Shown here: in pieces, positions 29,910 through 40,591 of the stretch
Position numbering within the stretch: the first letter of the stretch is position 1
Layout of the letters: each line of letters begins with the position of its first letter
NCBI GenBank assembly: GCA_965222375.1
Contig: CBDCTZ010000016.1
Location: 960,001-1,024,000, forward strand
DNA: 64,000 nucleotides
Source: Polyangiaceae bacterium
Lineage (GTDB): Bacteria; Myxococcota_A; Polyangia; Polyangiales; Polyangiaceae
Reading direction: 5' to 3'
The notes under the pieces: model-generated
Told to the model about the DNA's origin: nothing
Databases searched by the model: none
Seen by the model: the letters and a program-made list of their open reading frames with translations, nothing else
Position numbers and translations under genes: made by a program

Positions 29910-30389
29910 ATGACACACCGGGTCGCCCATCAGTTTGGCCGAGTTGCGACCGTTTCGGCTCTGGTGCCACTGGTCGCGGCGTGCGCGGCTAACGGTGCGA
30001 ACGGCACGGCGACTCAATCCACCGCTAGTGCGCCGGCCACCCCGACCACTTACAATCCACGCTTCGACCGTTCTGTTTTCCATCCCTGCGGAGACCGCCC
30101 GGAAGGCGTCGCACCCAAACTCAAAGAAGTTGCTGTGTACGAAGGGCGGCCGGCCCAGAGCGTTGCGCTGAAGCCGCAGTTCCTCGCCGGTAGCGGTGGC
30201 GGTGGCGCCAACATCTATCAGTTCGAGGACCGCGGCACCGAGCGCTGGGCGCGCTGCAGCTACGACAATGGGTCGGTCAAAGATGTGTTGATCGAGTACC
30301 GCCCGACCCACTGTAGCGCGGCACACCGCCTCCACGGCCTGCACAGCTTCGCGTGCTTCTTCCCTGGCTCCGCTGCCGGTGCCTCCTGA
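29910..30389 (+). CDS. Lipoprotein, STY0301/Tai2-like (possible effector immunity protein)
   Basis: Lipobox VAAC; VYEGRPAQSVALKP...WARCSY...C pattern. Confidence 0.5.
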   Translation: MTHRVAHQFGRVATVSALVPLVAACAANGANGTATQSTASAPATPTTYNPRFDRSVFHPCGDRPEGVAPKLKEVAVYEGRPAQSVALKPQFLAGSGGGGANIYQFEDRGTERWARCSYDNGSVKDVLIEYRPTHCSAAHRLHGLHSFACFFPGSAAGAS

Positions 30390-30398
30390 CCCCGCCCG

Positions 30399-30586
30399 CT
30401 AAGATTCGCGGCGACTGAGCAACACGGCGACGAATAGCCGCACGACCACCTCGAGGGCGGTGGCCACGATGGCCGGGGTCTGCGGCATTCCGACGATGGC
30501 CATCGAGGCAACTCGCCCGAGCCCACCGATGAATGCGGCGCCGGCGAGCACCAGCACCATGTGTGGGTAGTCTTCGAATCTGCGGA
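30399..30586 (-). pseudogene. DUF4345-like membrane protein 3' fragment
   Basis: FIGGLGRVASMAIVGMP...ALE; cut at the oriIS-like end. Confidence 0.55.
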
Positions 30587-31946
30587 GCGCGTAGGACGAT
30601 CGAACTGCGAAAACGCTGGTGTGGACGGTTAGCCAAGCCGATCTTGTTTGGGGAGGAGGAAAACATAAGAGGGAATTTTCGTCGAGAAATTGGAACGGCT
30701 GTGTAGCTTCAGGTGGAAGCGCTGCTTTTTCCGAGAGTTTGCCGCTCACAAGACGCACCAGCGCACGGAGCGGATGCAGGCGCTTCGCTCAGCTCGGCCT
30801 CCCCGAGAACCCGAACACCAGCTGCGCAGGCACGGGCAGTGGAGCACGAGGGACTGGAGGAGCTCGCGGGCCAATCCCCTGGTCGGCCAGAAGGCGCGTG
30901 ACGTGGGCGCGCGTGGTCGCAACGTCGGCCCAGCGTAACGGACCATAGCAGCGTGGGCAGTGCTCCATGTCCGCCTTGAATACGTGGGCGAGCAGCCAAG
31001 CCCAGCGCTTGCGTGCGTGCGGAGCGTCGTCGATCTCGTCAAGCAGTTCCAGCTGATTGCCGGGAGCGGGAGGCGGCTTGGTGAGGCTGCATCGGCGGAT
31101 GCCTCTGGGACCACTCCTGCTCAGTGCGAGGAGTGACTGGAGAGCACTCCGGAGGAGCGCAATCAGGTCATGGGGCTCGAGAACGAGCGCGCGTGTGCCG
31201 TCCCGCCAGGGTTTCTTGAAACTGAGCTCCAGCTTGCCGTCCCCCCGTCGCGCGAGACCGACGGGAACCCCTCAGGGGAGGCGATCCTGCGCGACGGGGG
31301 GCCGCGTGATGTACTTGCAGAGCCGCTCGACGCGGCCGCGGTCCCGGCCGTCCACGAGCTGAGCGGCGTGGATGCTGATGCCGCGCACTTCGGCGATAGG
31401 CTGGTCGCTGATGTCGGAGGCGCGCGGGCGCGCAGGAGGCTCTTGGGGCAGCAGCAGGCGAAGCAGAGGTTTGCCGGCACGCTCGCCAGCGACGGAAATA
31501 CCCTGCGCAGCGGCAGAGTAACAGCCTGCAAGGGCGGGCTCATCCAGGCACAGTTGTGGCGGCTCGGCGCTTTCGAACTCGGGGTCGAGGCTGCGGCCGT
31601 GCGCTTTCAGAATCTTCTCAATGCGCGCGGCGGTGCGGTCCGCCACGTCGGCGATGTCGGCATAGGTCGGCGCGTCGAGCCCGAGGAACTCGAGCGGAGC
31701 TTGCGGGTCATCGCCTTGGTGCACGTACACGCCGTCGAGCACGAGAGCGTGCATGTGCACGTTTGGTCGGAGAGCCGAGTCCGTGCGCTGCACCGCGACG
31801 TGCGCACCGACCAGCAGATCGCGCGCGCTAGCGAGCCGGAGCTGTCGTTTGGCGCGCCAGCGCAGTGAGCGGCGCACCTCCGTCATGAACGCGTTGACCA
31901 CTTCGGAGCGGAGCTTGCGGCTCAGCACCCTGGTCGACGCCGCCAT
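30587..31946 (-). mobile_element. Degenerate IS91/ISCR-family rolling-circle element (Y2 transposase pseudogene 30789-31946 plus oriIS-like end)
   Basis: HUH motif NVHMHALVLDG, RLCKYITRPP, KKPWRDGT, WAWLLAHVF...CPRC; internal stops, a deletion and a frameshift. Confidence 0.88.
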
Positions 31947-32140
31947 ACAGCGTCAGCTGGCAGAGCGCGGAATCAAGCCCAGTCCGTATCAGACCGCTCT
32001 CGCCTGAAGCCGAGTTCCCTCGGGGTCCGCGGAGTGCTCCGTGGCGAGATCGTGCAGAGTTCGAGGAGACTCGGAGGTGGCGGTCTGCCGGCGGAATGAC
32101 CGCTCCCACGGCCTCGTTGACCCGAGCGTGAGAAGCGCGG

Positions 32141-34450
32141 TCAGTTTGGCGGTGCTTTCAGTTCGCGAACGACGGTTCGTCCACGGCCGCCGACCGCCCA
32201 GAGGCGGGTCGGAGTGGAGTCAAGGGACGTCAAGCTATCCGCGGCAAAGACTGTCGTCCAGTCCGTCCCGTTGAAATGACGGATAACGGAGCCGCCTTGG
32301 GTCAGGCTCAGCAGGTACGCGTCGTCCGCTGCGCGCACTTCGAGGTCGCGGACCTCAGCGGCGCCGACAGCCCACGGCGTCCAGACTTTGCCATCCCAGC
32401 GCATTGAAAACTCCGTCCACTTCCAAATGCCTGTCGGCGGACTGCCAGGGCGATACGCCGCAAGTACCCATACATCGTCCTTGCCGTTGGCATAGATCCG
32501 AGGCGAAGCGACGTTGACTAGGGAATAATCCCCGGGGATGTCGCGACGGTAAACCTCGGAAAACGACTTCCCGTCGAAGTGGAACACCACGAAGTCCAGG
32601 TGAAGAGCGCCGGACGTTACAGGTGGGTAGTTCTCGGCGATCACCCAAACATCGTCAGCCGCGGTGCCATGAATGCTCATGGGGTAGGCGGTACCGCTTT
32701 CGACCGGTAGGGTCCATTCCTGGGTTTGTGTGCCGTCATACCGGAGCACTGAGTACTGACTGGTCATCCAAACGGCGTTGTTTCCGGGTTCGAACCAGGG
32801 CCGACCAATTCCGGTGGCAACTGAGCCTTTTGGCAACGGCAGGTCTTGCCAACCAGTTGCCGTACGCCGTGACCAGAGCCGGGTTGACCCGGTGGGCTTC
32901 CATTCCGTTCCAAATGCGAACAGGTCACCATCGTTGTCCGCAATCTCAGCGACCTTGTAGCCAGGCCCGGGCACGTCTACCCAGCCGTTTGCAGTCCACG
33001 CCGCAAGTCCACCGAACCCCCATGCGTTTGGGGAGTGAATTGAGTTGCCTCTGTCATCGGCTCGAATCACTGCGTGCGTTCCGCTCGGAGCCGAAGTCAC
33101 GCTGCCCAAATAACGACGAGATGCGGGGAAGACGCTCTTCCAACGCGGGTAAAGTCCGTCCTCGGGGGCAACTGGTGCCGGCTTCTCGGGTTCATAAGCC
33201 ATCAACTGACCTGCAGCGCCAGCAGCGAACAGTTGCCCCGGTGCAGCGCCCCAAACCGTTGGAGTGCGACCAAGGGGGAAACTCATGTGATAGATGCCTT
33301 GGCTGGGAAGGTAATCCGAGGTCGCTTGGACCTCGAGATTCCAGCTGCTTCCGTTGAAGTGCCACAGACCGCGGTCAAAGCCAGCGCTGACCAGGATGTT
33401 GTCTTTCGACGTACCCCAGATTCGATTTCCTCGGCGATTGATGGGTGCCGCCGCGGGGGCGAGGTTAGAGTATACCGACTCATGCGGGTAGATCCCGTAT
33501 CCTTGGACTTTGAAGCCCGAGACGGCGATAACCGCGGCGGTTGACCGCGCCTTGCCCTCCTGTTCCAGCGTCCATTTGGCCCCGTCCCAATGTGAAAACC
33601 CGATGCGTCGGTCCTCGGACTTGCCAACCTGCTCTTCGTAGACTGCCCAGACGTCGTCGGCAGCAGCACCCCACACGCCCAGGTACAATGGACCGTCCTC
33701 GGCTGCTGGCTTGTGCTGCGTCCAGGTTGAACCCTCGAAGCGGAGCAGAGCTCCATTGTGCCCCGCGGCCCAGACGTCATCGTTCGCTGCGGCCCACAGC
33801 GCTGGCAAGTCCACTGTCGCCGGCGACTTGGTGTCCTGCCAAGCGCCGCTAGCGAACTTCCAGATCGAGCCACCGTCGAGACTCGCAAACAGGACACCGC
33901 CAGGGGCGGCGGTCAAAGCGAGTACGGTACGGCCCTCGAACGCGTCGAAGGACTTCCACTCGCTACCATTGAAGTGCAGCAGCAAACCTTGATCTTCTGG
34001 TTCTCCCTTGCCGGGAGTGAACACAAGCCGCGTACCCCCCACCCAGACGTTTGCGGCACCAAAGGACCAGATTGCGTGGTAGAGGTCGTTCTGGCTTCCG
34101 GGTCGCTGAATGCTCCACTGTTCGCCGTTCCAGTGGTGAAGTTCGCCGCGCCCGCCGAGCCACACATCGTTGACCGAGCTGCCGTGAATTGCGCGAAAAC
34201 CGTTGCCATGAGGCTCGGGCGCTAGCCAATCCCAGGTTGCGTCCGCCCCGGCGGTGCCACCCGTGCCTTCGATGACGCCGCCCGTGCCTGAGACGCCTCC
34301 GCCACCGGAGACGCCGACTACGCCAGCCTCTCCGCCGCTGGCCGCGCCGGCGCTACCGGATCGATATTCCTGAGTGACGTCCCCACATCCGACGCACAAA
34401 GCCAGTCCGAGAATGAGTCCGAAGGGAGCTAGGTCTTCGAGTCGTTTCAT
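32141..34450 (-). CDS. Large lipoprotein with beta-propeller-like repeats
   Basis: Lipobox CVGC, Gly linker, repeated (I/V)WG-x3-DVW...H(F/W)(D/N)G-x2-W units. Confidence 0.82.
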   Translation of the reverse strand: MKRLEDLAPFGLILGLALCVGCGDVTQEYRSGSAGAASGGEAGVVGVSGGGGVSGTGGVIEGTGGTAGADATWDWLAPEPHGNGFRAIHGSSVNDVWLGGRGELHHWNGEQWSIQRPGSQNDLYHAIWSFGAANVWVGGTRLVFTPGKGEPEDQGLLLHFNGSEWKSFDAFEGRTVLALTAAPGGVLFASLDGGSIWKFASGAWQDTKSPATVDLPALWAAANDDVWAAGHNGALLRFEGSTWTQHKPAAEDGPLYLGVWGAAADDVWAVYEEQVGKSEDRRIGFSHWDGAKWTLEQEGKARSTAAVIAVSGFKVQGYGIYPHESVYSNLAPAAAPINRRGNRIWGTSKDNILVSAGFDRGLWHFNGSSWNLEVQATSDYLPSQGIYHMSFPLGRTPTVWGAAPGQLFAAGAAGQLMAYEPEKPAPVAPEDGLYPRWKSVFPASRRYLGSVTSAPSGTHAVIRADDRGNSIHSPNAWGFGGLAAWTANGWVDVPGPGYKVAEIADNDGDLFAFGTEWKPTGSTRLWSRRTATGWQDLPLPKGSVATGIGRPWFEPGNNAVWMTSQYSVLRYDGTQTQEWTLPVESGTAYPMSIHGTAADDVWVIAENYPPVTSGALHLDFVVFHFDGKSFSEVYRRDIPGDYSLVNVASPRIYANGKDDVWVLAAYRPGSPPTGIWKWTEFSMRWDGKVWTPWAVGAAEVRDLEVRAADDAYLLSLTQGGSVIRHFNGTDWTTVFAADSLTSLDSTPTRLWAVGGRGRTVVRELKAPPN

Positions 34451-34592
34451 TTGTTGGTGTTTCCCGCGGGCGCGCAAAATCCGTCGAACAAATTGCCAGC
34501 AGCGGTCCAGTCAGCCAGCGTACTACACGGGCGGTTTGTGCCGATACGGCGCAGCAGGTCTCCAGCTCCCCCTGGCCCCGGAACTCATGGGA

Positions 34593-34620
34593 AATACGGT
34601 CGTGGGCGGTGGCCGGTCCC
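34593..34620 (-). promoter_or_regulatory. Possible ECF promoter GGGACC-N16-CGTATT for the propeller gene
   Basis: ECF-like spacing, divergent from an ECF sigma operon. Confidence 0.35.
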
Positions 34621-34642
34621 AGGGGTGCTAAGGAGCAGCCCG

Positions 34643-35686
34643 TGAGCGCGAGCAGGACGGCAGGACGACACTGCACGGTTGGAGGCTTGTTTGCCATCGC
34701 TTGGGGGTCGTATACAGTGGCTTCGGCAGCCGAGCCAAATCACACAGGCGATCCGCCCGGGAGCCTGCCCTCACCCGTCGCTTCGCTTCATTACGTGCGG
34801 CACTCAGACTGTCCGCGACGACATGCATTGGTTGATGCCGTGGCTGCGCGGCTCGGCAACGATCCGTTTGTGCCGGACAAAAAATGGAACGTTCGCGTGA
34901 GGATCCTCCAGACCACTGAGGGGTACCAAGCTCGTATCGTGCTCCGGCGCGCCAGCGAGGTCGTCGGACAACGCGTTTTGCGCGCTGGCCCGGGCGAGTG
35001 TGCCGACTTGGTTAGCTCAGTCGCCGTGACTTTGTCCGTGCTGCTGGCTCCGAAAAGGTTGTTGGATCTCGAAAAGCGCTTCGCGCCGCCTCGCTTGCCT
35101 CGACGCACTGCCCGCGCGCGAGCGGCCACAGCCGGCGAGCGAGAACCCTTTCGCGAAATCGCGGACAAAACCACGAGTACCCGCAAGGGATACGCGATGG
35201 GTCCTTCGAGTCGGTGGGGGTGTGCACGGTGCTCTCGGTGCTGCACCGAAATCCACAGGTGGAGGCACCGTTTCATTTGGTGTGCGCGGCGACGAGTGGT
35301 CTCTCGGCGCCGAAGGGCGAGTCGATTCACCGCGCACGGCGCACTCCGCGGGTGGGCAGGGCGTGCGGGCAGGTTGGATTGCGGGCGGCCTGGTGCCCTG
35401 TCGCCATTTTGGTGTTGGCGTGGGGTGCGCCCTCTTGATGGCCGGGCAGGTCCGCGGACAGAGTCTCGCGGTTGCACAGGCCGAGCGTAAGTCTACGTGG
35501 TTCTTAGCCGCCGGTCTGCGCCTTGGCGTGGAACTCGATATCGACACGACTTGGGCGTTTTCGGGTCGAATCGACTCACTGGCCGTTCCAACCCGGACGA
35601 CACTTCAGATTGACGGGGAGCCCCTGTGGGTCTCGCCGACCTTCAGCGCGGCCGCAGGAATTGGGATCCGGGCACAGTTCAGATGA
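34643..35686 (+). pseudogene. Frameshifted envelope protein preceding the ECF sigma
   Basis: N-part (CP...AVAARLGNDPF...ECADL) and beta-strand C-part lie in different frames; shift near 35170-35195. Confidence 0.6.
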
Positions 35687-36236
35687 CGGATGCTGCCGTC
35701 ACGCGGGAAACACTGGAGGTGGAAGGCCCGACCTTCGAAGCCGTATTCCGGGCCGAATTATCATACGTGTGGCACACGCTCCGGCGCTTGGGTGTGGCCG
35801 AGCGAGACCTGACGACCAGGTTCAAGAAGTGTTCATCACCATCCAGCGGCTGCTCCCGAGCTACGATCCCCAGCGCCCTCTTCGGCCGTGGCTGTTCGGC
35901 ATCGCGTTCCGGTATGCCCAGAGGTATCGGGACAAGGACGAACGCCGCTCGGAGCAGCTCGACTCCTCGCCGGAACATTCCCACCCACCCGTGCCGGCTG
36001 CAGCAGACGCGGAAGTCGACAGGCATGCCGCACGCCAGCTCGTGGTTGCCGCTCTTCAACGCATGAAGCCCGCGCGGCGGGCGGTTTTCGTGATGGCAGC
36101 CATTGACGGGCACACGGCGCCGGAGATCGCGCAGGCGCTTGATATGCCACTCAACACGGTCTATTCGCGGCTACGCGTTGCACGCGATGAGTTCGCCGCA
36201 GCCGTGCGGCGCTTGGCGGGCGAGGTCGCACCATGA
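35683..36236 (+). pseudogene. ECF sigma factor with a one-base frameshift
   Basis: YVWHTLRRLGVAERDL then DQVQEVF...PWLFGIA...EIAQALDMPLNTVYSRL in another frame; shift near 35811. Confidence 0.85.
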
Positions 36237-36907
36237 CGGAGCCGATGCCCCCGGACATCGAACGTTTGCTCGAGGCCGAGCGCGGGCGTGAAGCTGTGGC
36301 CCCAGAGATCCGGGATGCCACGTGGCGTTCGTTGAACGCGCGTTTGGCTCCCTCTGGCTCCGGCGGGCCTGGGGGGGTTGGGTCTACGGGTTCACCGTTT
36401 GGGTCGGCAATTGCGAAGTTACCTTCCATTGGGTTGGGAGTAGTGTTGGGCGTATTGGGAACGTTGGGCGTACAGCGGGGCGTGCTCCCTCGCCCTCCCG
36501 CACAGTTGCAGCATTCCCCTCGAGTCTCTATTTCGCCGCTGGCCCTATCACGGCCCGTGAGCAAACCCGCGCTGCCCGCGGATGATCCCAAGGTGCGGAC
36601 GAAGTTGCCCCGCACGACCAATACAGCGAAGGTTTCGACTAGGACGTCGCTGGCCGCGGAACGGGCGTTGGTGGACCGGGCTCGGGCAGCGCTTTCGACT
36701 GGCGATCCAGAGGCGGCGCTTGCCGCCGTTCGCTTGCACCGCACGCGTCACCCCCGAGGACAGCTGGCAGAGGAACGCGAAGCCCTGGCTGTTCGCGCGT
36801 TGCGCGCCGCTGGGCACGACGCCGAAGCAGAAGCCCGTCAAGCGCGCTTTAGGCGGGCATATCCGGAAAGCTTGTTTGCCCCGGCTATCTCGCCGGATGG
36901 AGGCTGA
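36233..36907 (+). CDS. Putative anti-sigma factor (one TM segment, C-terminal TPR-like helices)
   Basis: ATGA overlap with the sigma gene; ERALVDRARAAL...PRGQLAEERE. Confidence 0.72.
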   Translation: MTEPMPPDIERLLEAERGREAVAPEIRDATWRSLNARLAPSGSGGPGGVGSTGSPFGSAIAKLPSIGLGVVLGVLGTLGVQRGVLPRPPAQLQHSPRVSISPLALSRPVSKPALPADDPKVRTKLPRTTNTAKVSTRTSLAAERALVDRARAALSTGDPEAALAAVRLHRTRHPRGQLAEEREALAVRALRAAGHDAEAEARQARFRRAYPESLFAPAISPDGG

Positions 36908-36992
36908 ATGCGCGTGCGCGTCGGCTGGGCACACGCCGAGAACTGGCACTTCGCCTCGATCCGACCCCTGAGACAAGTGCTGGCAGGCTTGG

Positions 36993-38140
36993 ATGTTCCT
37001 GGGCTCCATCTTGCTGGTTCGCTCCGGAGAGGTGAGCCGCGCGCTGGGAAGCGAGGTGCACGAGCTCTGGGGTCCGCCGATCAATCAGCATCCCCCCACG
37101 GCGAAATTGCAGCCGCTCGAAGAGGCTGAGCGGCCCGGCGACGCAACGCCGGCAGCGGCGCAACCACCTCCGAATCCCGCCCGGGCGGCAACTCCGTCGG
37201 CGCCGTCGAAGCACGAGCAGGAGAAGAAGTCCGTGCATCCAGCGGCTTCGAAACTGCGGGCGTCGCGGGAGCTGGAGCAGCGGCGCAAGGGACTCCTCTG
37301 GTTCCCGACCTACGATGTCGACTTCAGCGGTACGTATACCTTTAAGAACTCGAAGCGCGAGGCGCGAGAGTTGGTGGTGTCATTTCCGTTGGAGCGGGAC
37401 CACGCCGCTTGTGAAGGATTCGAAGTACTGCGCGAGGGTGGTGAGCCCGTTGACACCGAGGTTATCGACGGTGTTGCCACTTGGCGTGGACGGATCAAGG
37501 CGGGCCAGAGCCGGAGCTATACTGTGCGTTTCCGCTCACGCGGCACAACGCGATGGCAGTACCAACCTACTGCCGGGACTGGGCGTGTCGATAACTTCGA
37601 GCTAGCCGTGGCTACAGACTTTGCGGCTGTCGACTTTCCGGACGGCACGCTGTCGCCATCGACGCACGAGGCTGCAGCTGGCGGTTGGAAGGGGACGTGG
37701 CGGTTCAAAAGTTTGGTGGCGAGCACGCCTATTGGGCTCGATCTGCCTCAGCTGCTCAACCCGGGTCCCCTCGCAGCGAAGATGACGTTTTTCGCGCCGC
37801 TCAGCCTGCTCTTCTACTTCTTCGTAGTGCGATTCTCGCAGCGGCCCGACGCATTCACCTGCATCCGCTGCACTACTTCTTCTTCAGCTGCGCCTTCTTC
37901 GCTTTCCACCTGTTGCTCTCCTACCTGGTGGATCACGTCGCGGTATTGCCGTCTTTTGCTGTGGCTTCGTTGGTCAGCGTCGCCCTTGTAGTTAGCTACG
38001 CATGGCTCTTCGTGGGATTGAAGTTTGCTCTCCGAGGGATGGCGATTTCTCAACTGCTCTACTTGGTGCTGTTTTCGTTTACCTTCTTCTGGTCTGGCTT
38101 CACCGGGCTCTCGATCACCGTGGGCGCCATCATCATGTGA
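36993..38140 (+). pseudogene. CreD-like inner membrane protein, frameshifted and truncated
   Basis: ELWGPP, RRKGLLWFPTY, FFAPLSL, HPLHYFF; shift near 37828; 3' end cut by a transposase fragment. Confidence 0.7.
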
Positions 38141-38381
38141 AAGTGCGACGGCGGCACTGCGGCGACCAGGCGCGCAATCAGGTCATGGGGCTCGAGAACG
38201 AGCGCGCGCGTGCCGTCCCGCCAGGGTTTCTTGAAACTGAGCTCCAGCTCGCCGTTCCCCCGTCGCGCGAGACCGACGGGAACCCCTCAGGGGAGGCGGT
38301 CCTGCGCGACGGGGGGCTGCGTGATGTACTTACAGAGCCGCTCGACGCCGCGGCGGTCCCGGCCGTCCACGAGCTGAGCGG
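38131..38381 (-). mobile_element. IS91-family transposase fragment (third copy)
   Basis: Aligns with about 31157-31365 and retains LIARLVAAVPPSHFH, which is deleted from that copy. Confidence 0.85.
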
Positions 38382-38942
38382 GCCTTCGGCTTCCAGGAGC
38401 AGTTCTCACTTCACCTGTTGGAGGTGCCCTACGTGTCCATGTACGTGCTGGGCGCGCTCTTCGCGTTGGTCATGCCGATGCATGTCGCGGTGAAGGCGGC
38501 GGCTTTCGTCATGCTCGCTCTGCTGCCTGCAGGGCTCGCTGTGTTGTTTCACGGCATGCGCAAGACGCCACTCTGGGGAGTCTTGGGGCTCGCGGCGGCG
38601 TGGACGAGCCTGAGCCACTGGGGCTTTCTGAACTTCATGGGGGCCCTGGGGCTCTACGCCATGGCGGTCGGGTTCGCGCTTCTGGCGGTCGACAGGCCCA
38701 GTCGCCGACACAGCATCGGGCTCGCGGTTTCCCTGCTGGCCGTCTTCTTCACGCACATCTATCGCTTCCCCTTTGTGGTGCCCTCTGTCGTTGGCGTGGG
38801 TGTGTTGTTGTATCCGGCGACGCGCCGCTTCCGCCCGCTGCTGTTGCCACTCCTGCCCAGCTTGGCGGTGTTCGGGATCTGGCGCTGGATCCGCCCCGAG
38901 ACTTGGTGGTTGTATCAGCGCGAGGCCAAGTCGCAGCCGTAG
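38381..38942 (+). pseudogene. 5'-truncated, internally deleted copy of the 24997-26595 gene (right repeat)
   Basis: Same protein text; lacks the 843 bp equivalent to 25711-26553. Confidence 0.9.
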
Positions 38943-40501
38943 TTCGCGTCGGAGCTGTGCTTGCCTGCGTCGCTTTTGCGCTCGAAATACAACATGCGCC
39001 GCGAGCCCCAGCCCTGGAAGCCGTGGCGCCAATAGTCGCCCTCGGCTTGCTCTGAACCGGCGTGGAACAGCCGGTACTTCTCCTTGAGTCGGGGCCAGAA
39101 TTTGGGGCCCAAGAAGCGCATGTCCGCTTCATGCAGCATGACCTCGTCGTACTCGGCACGCTGCAGTCGCTCGAGTAGGGCCAGTTCCGCGAACCGCCCG
39201 GCTGCCACGACGTCTCGTACGCTGGTCATGCGGTCCGGAGGAACCGCGTTGCCGCTCCGGGCGTAGCACAGCGCGCCGCGTCCTAGCCACACGCGCTCTC
39301 CGCACTGCATTCGCTTGGCGGCATAGGCGCACACCGTTTCTGCTAGATCGAGGTCCTCGGCATTCGGCACGTAGCGCTGGCTGCGCCAACTGACGACCTG
39401 CACTAGCAGTACGCCCGCCGCCACGAGGCGTGCCCAGCGCGCTTTTTCCGCGACCACCATGCTGAGAAGCGCAGGCAGTGCCACCAAAGCCAACGCGAAC
39501 CCCAAGCTCGCCAAGTTGTTGGCTCCGCCTCGGGTTTTCACGGCAGCCGCTAGCGCCACCAGCGCGTACAAAAGGCAAGGCGTCGCTGTGCGCAGCCAAA
39601 CTACGTCCATCGGAGCATGTCGGGCCAGCGCCCAAACCAAGCGGGCCAACGCCACCAGGGTGACGGGCACGAACCACATCCCGATGCCATCGGCCTGTCG
39701 CCACACGCGGTGCCACTCGATGGCGTGGGCGCGAAGGAGCGTGACCCCCCAGTCCCAGAAGTGCGTGCCACCGACCAGGTGCAGCATCAGTCCTGTGCTC
39801 GCCGCACCGAGCAGCAGCGCCAACAAATCAAGACGCCGCTCCCGCCCGGGCACGGCGGCACTGGTGGCTGCCGCGAGCCCAAGAGAAACCAGCACGATCG
39901 CGCCGCTGTTCTGCTTCACGAGCAACGCCGCCACGGGTAGGAGCACCAAGACCGCCCGGCGCCTGCCAACAGCCAAGGTGGGCAGTTTGCCGCAGGCCAG
40001 TGCGGCCCCGGCGAGGACGCAGGCTTCCAGATTGCTCGGATGCAGGCCGTCGACGACCGGGTTCGATAGCAGCACCAGCGCGAGCGCCAGCCCCAGAGCC
40101 GCTCCGAGCAAGACTCGTAGTCTGCCGGTCGCCGAAATCAAACGAAGTCCCGCCAAAGCGCCGACCGCCGCCGCCACGACGACGAAAACGTAACCGAGCA
40201 GCTTGTTCGGCCGCAGGGATAGTTCCGCATCAAAAGGCGCCAGCAACGCGTAATGCAGCAAGGTTTGGCCCGGGGCGTACACGCTCGAGTTCGCCTCGCC
40301 CACGGGCCCGTACAGCGGGACGCCGGCTCGCAGCTTCATCATCCCGGTCATGAAGAAGTCTTCCGACCAGAAGTTCAGGTCATAGGCATAGGACAGCCGC
40401 TCGTAGCCGTATCGGCCGTGGTCGAAAGTGAGCACCGCCAGCAGCGCAATCACGGCCAGCAAGAAGAGCTGCACCTTGGGTTGGCTCTTGGGGCGGTCCA
40501 T
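38915..40501 (-). CDS. Polytopic membrane protein (GT-C/ArnT-like)
   Basis: Acidic first loop (WSEDFF), YAPG, VKQ, many hydrophobic segments. Confidence 0.7.
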   Translation of the reverse strand: MDRPKSQPKVQLFLLAVIALLAVLTFDHGRYGYERLSYAYDLNFWSEDFFMTGMMKLRAGVPLYGPVGEANSSVYAPGQTLLHYALLAPFDAELSLRPNKLLGYVFVVVAAAVGALAGLRLISATGRLRVLLGAALGLALALVLLSNPVVDGLHPSNLEACVLAGAALACGKLPTLAVGRRRAVLVLLPVAALLVKQNSGAIVLVSLGLAAATSAAVPGRERRLDLLALLLGAASTGLMLHLVGGTHFWDWGVTLLRAHAIEWHRVWRQADGIGMWFVPVTLVALARLVWALARHAPMDVVWLRTATPCLLYALVALAAAVKTRGGANNLASLGFALALVALPALLSMVVAEKARWARLVAAGVLLVQVVSWRSQRYVPNAEDLDLAETVCAYAAKRMQCGERVWLGRGALCYARSGNAVPPDRMTSVRDVVAAGRFAELALLERLQRAEYDEVMLHEADMRFLGPKFWPRLKEKYRLFHAGSEQAEGDYWRHGFQGWGSRRMLYFERKSDAGKHSSDANYGCDLASR

Positions 40502-40591
40502 CCGCGCTCAGGCTACTGCACTTTCCAAGGCGAAAGCTGCTTTGCCCTCGAGGCGGGGTCGGCGTACGCTCCCCAGCCCGGGAACCAAGCG

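Noticed and set aside
26727..30643. 57-bp repeat considered as CRISPR repeats or integron attC sites
   Set aside because: Only two copies 3.9 kb apart, no cas or integrase gene, and better explained as IS91-type ends.
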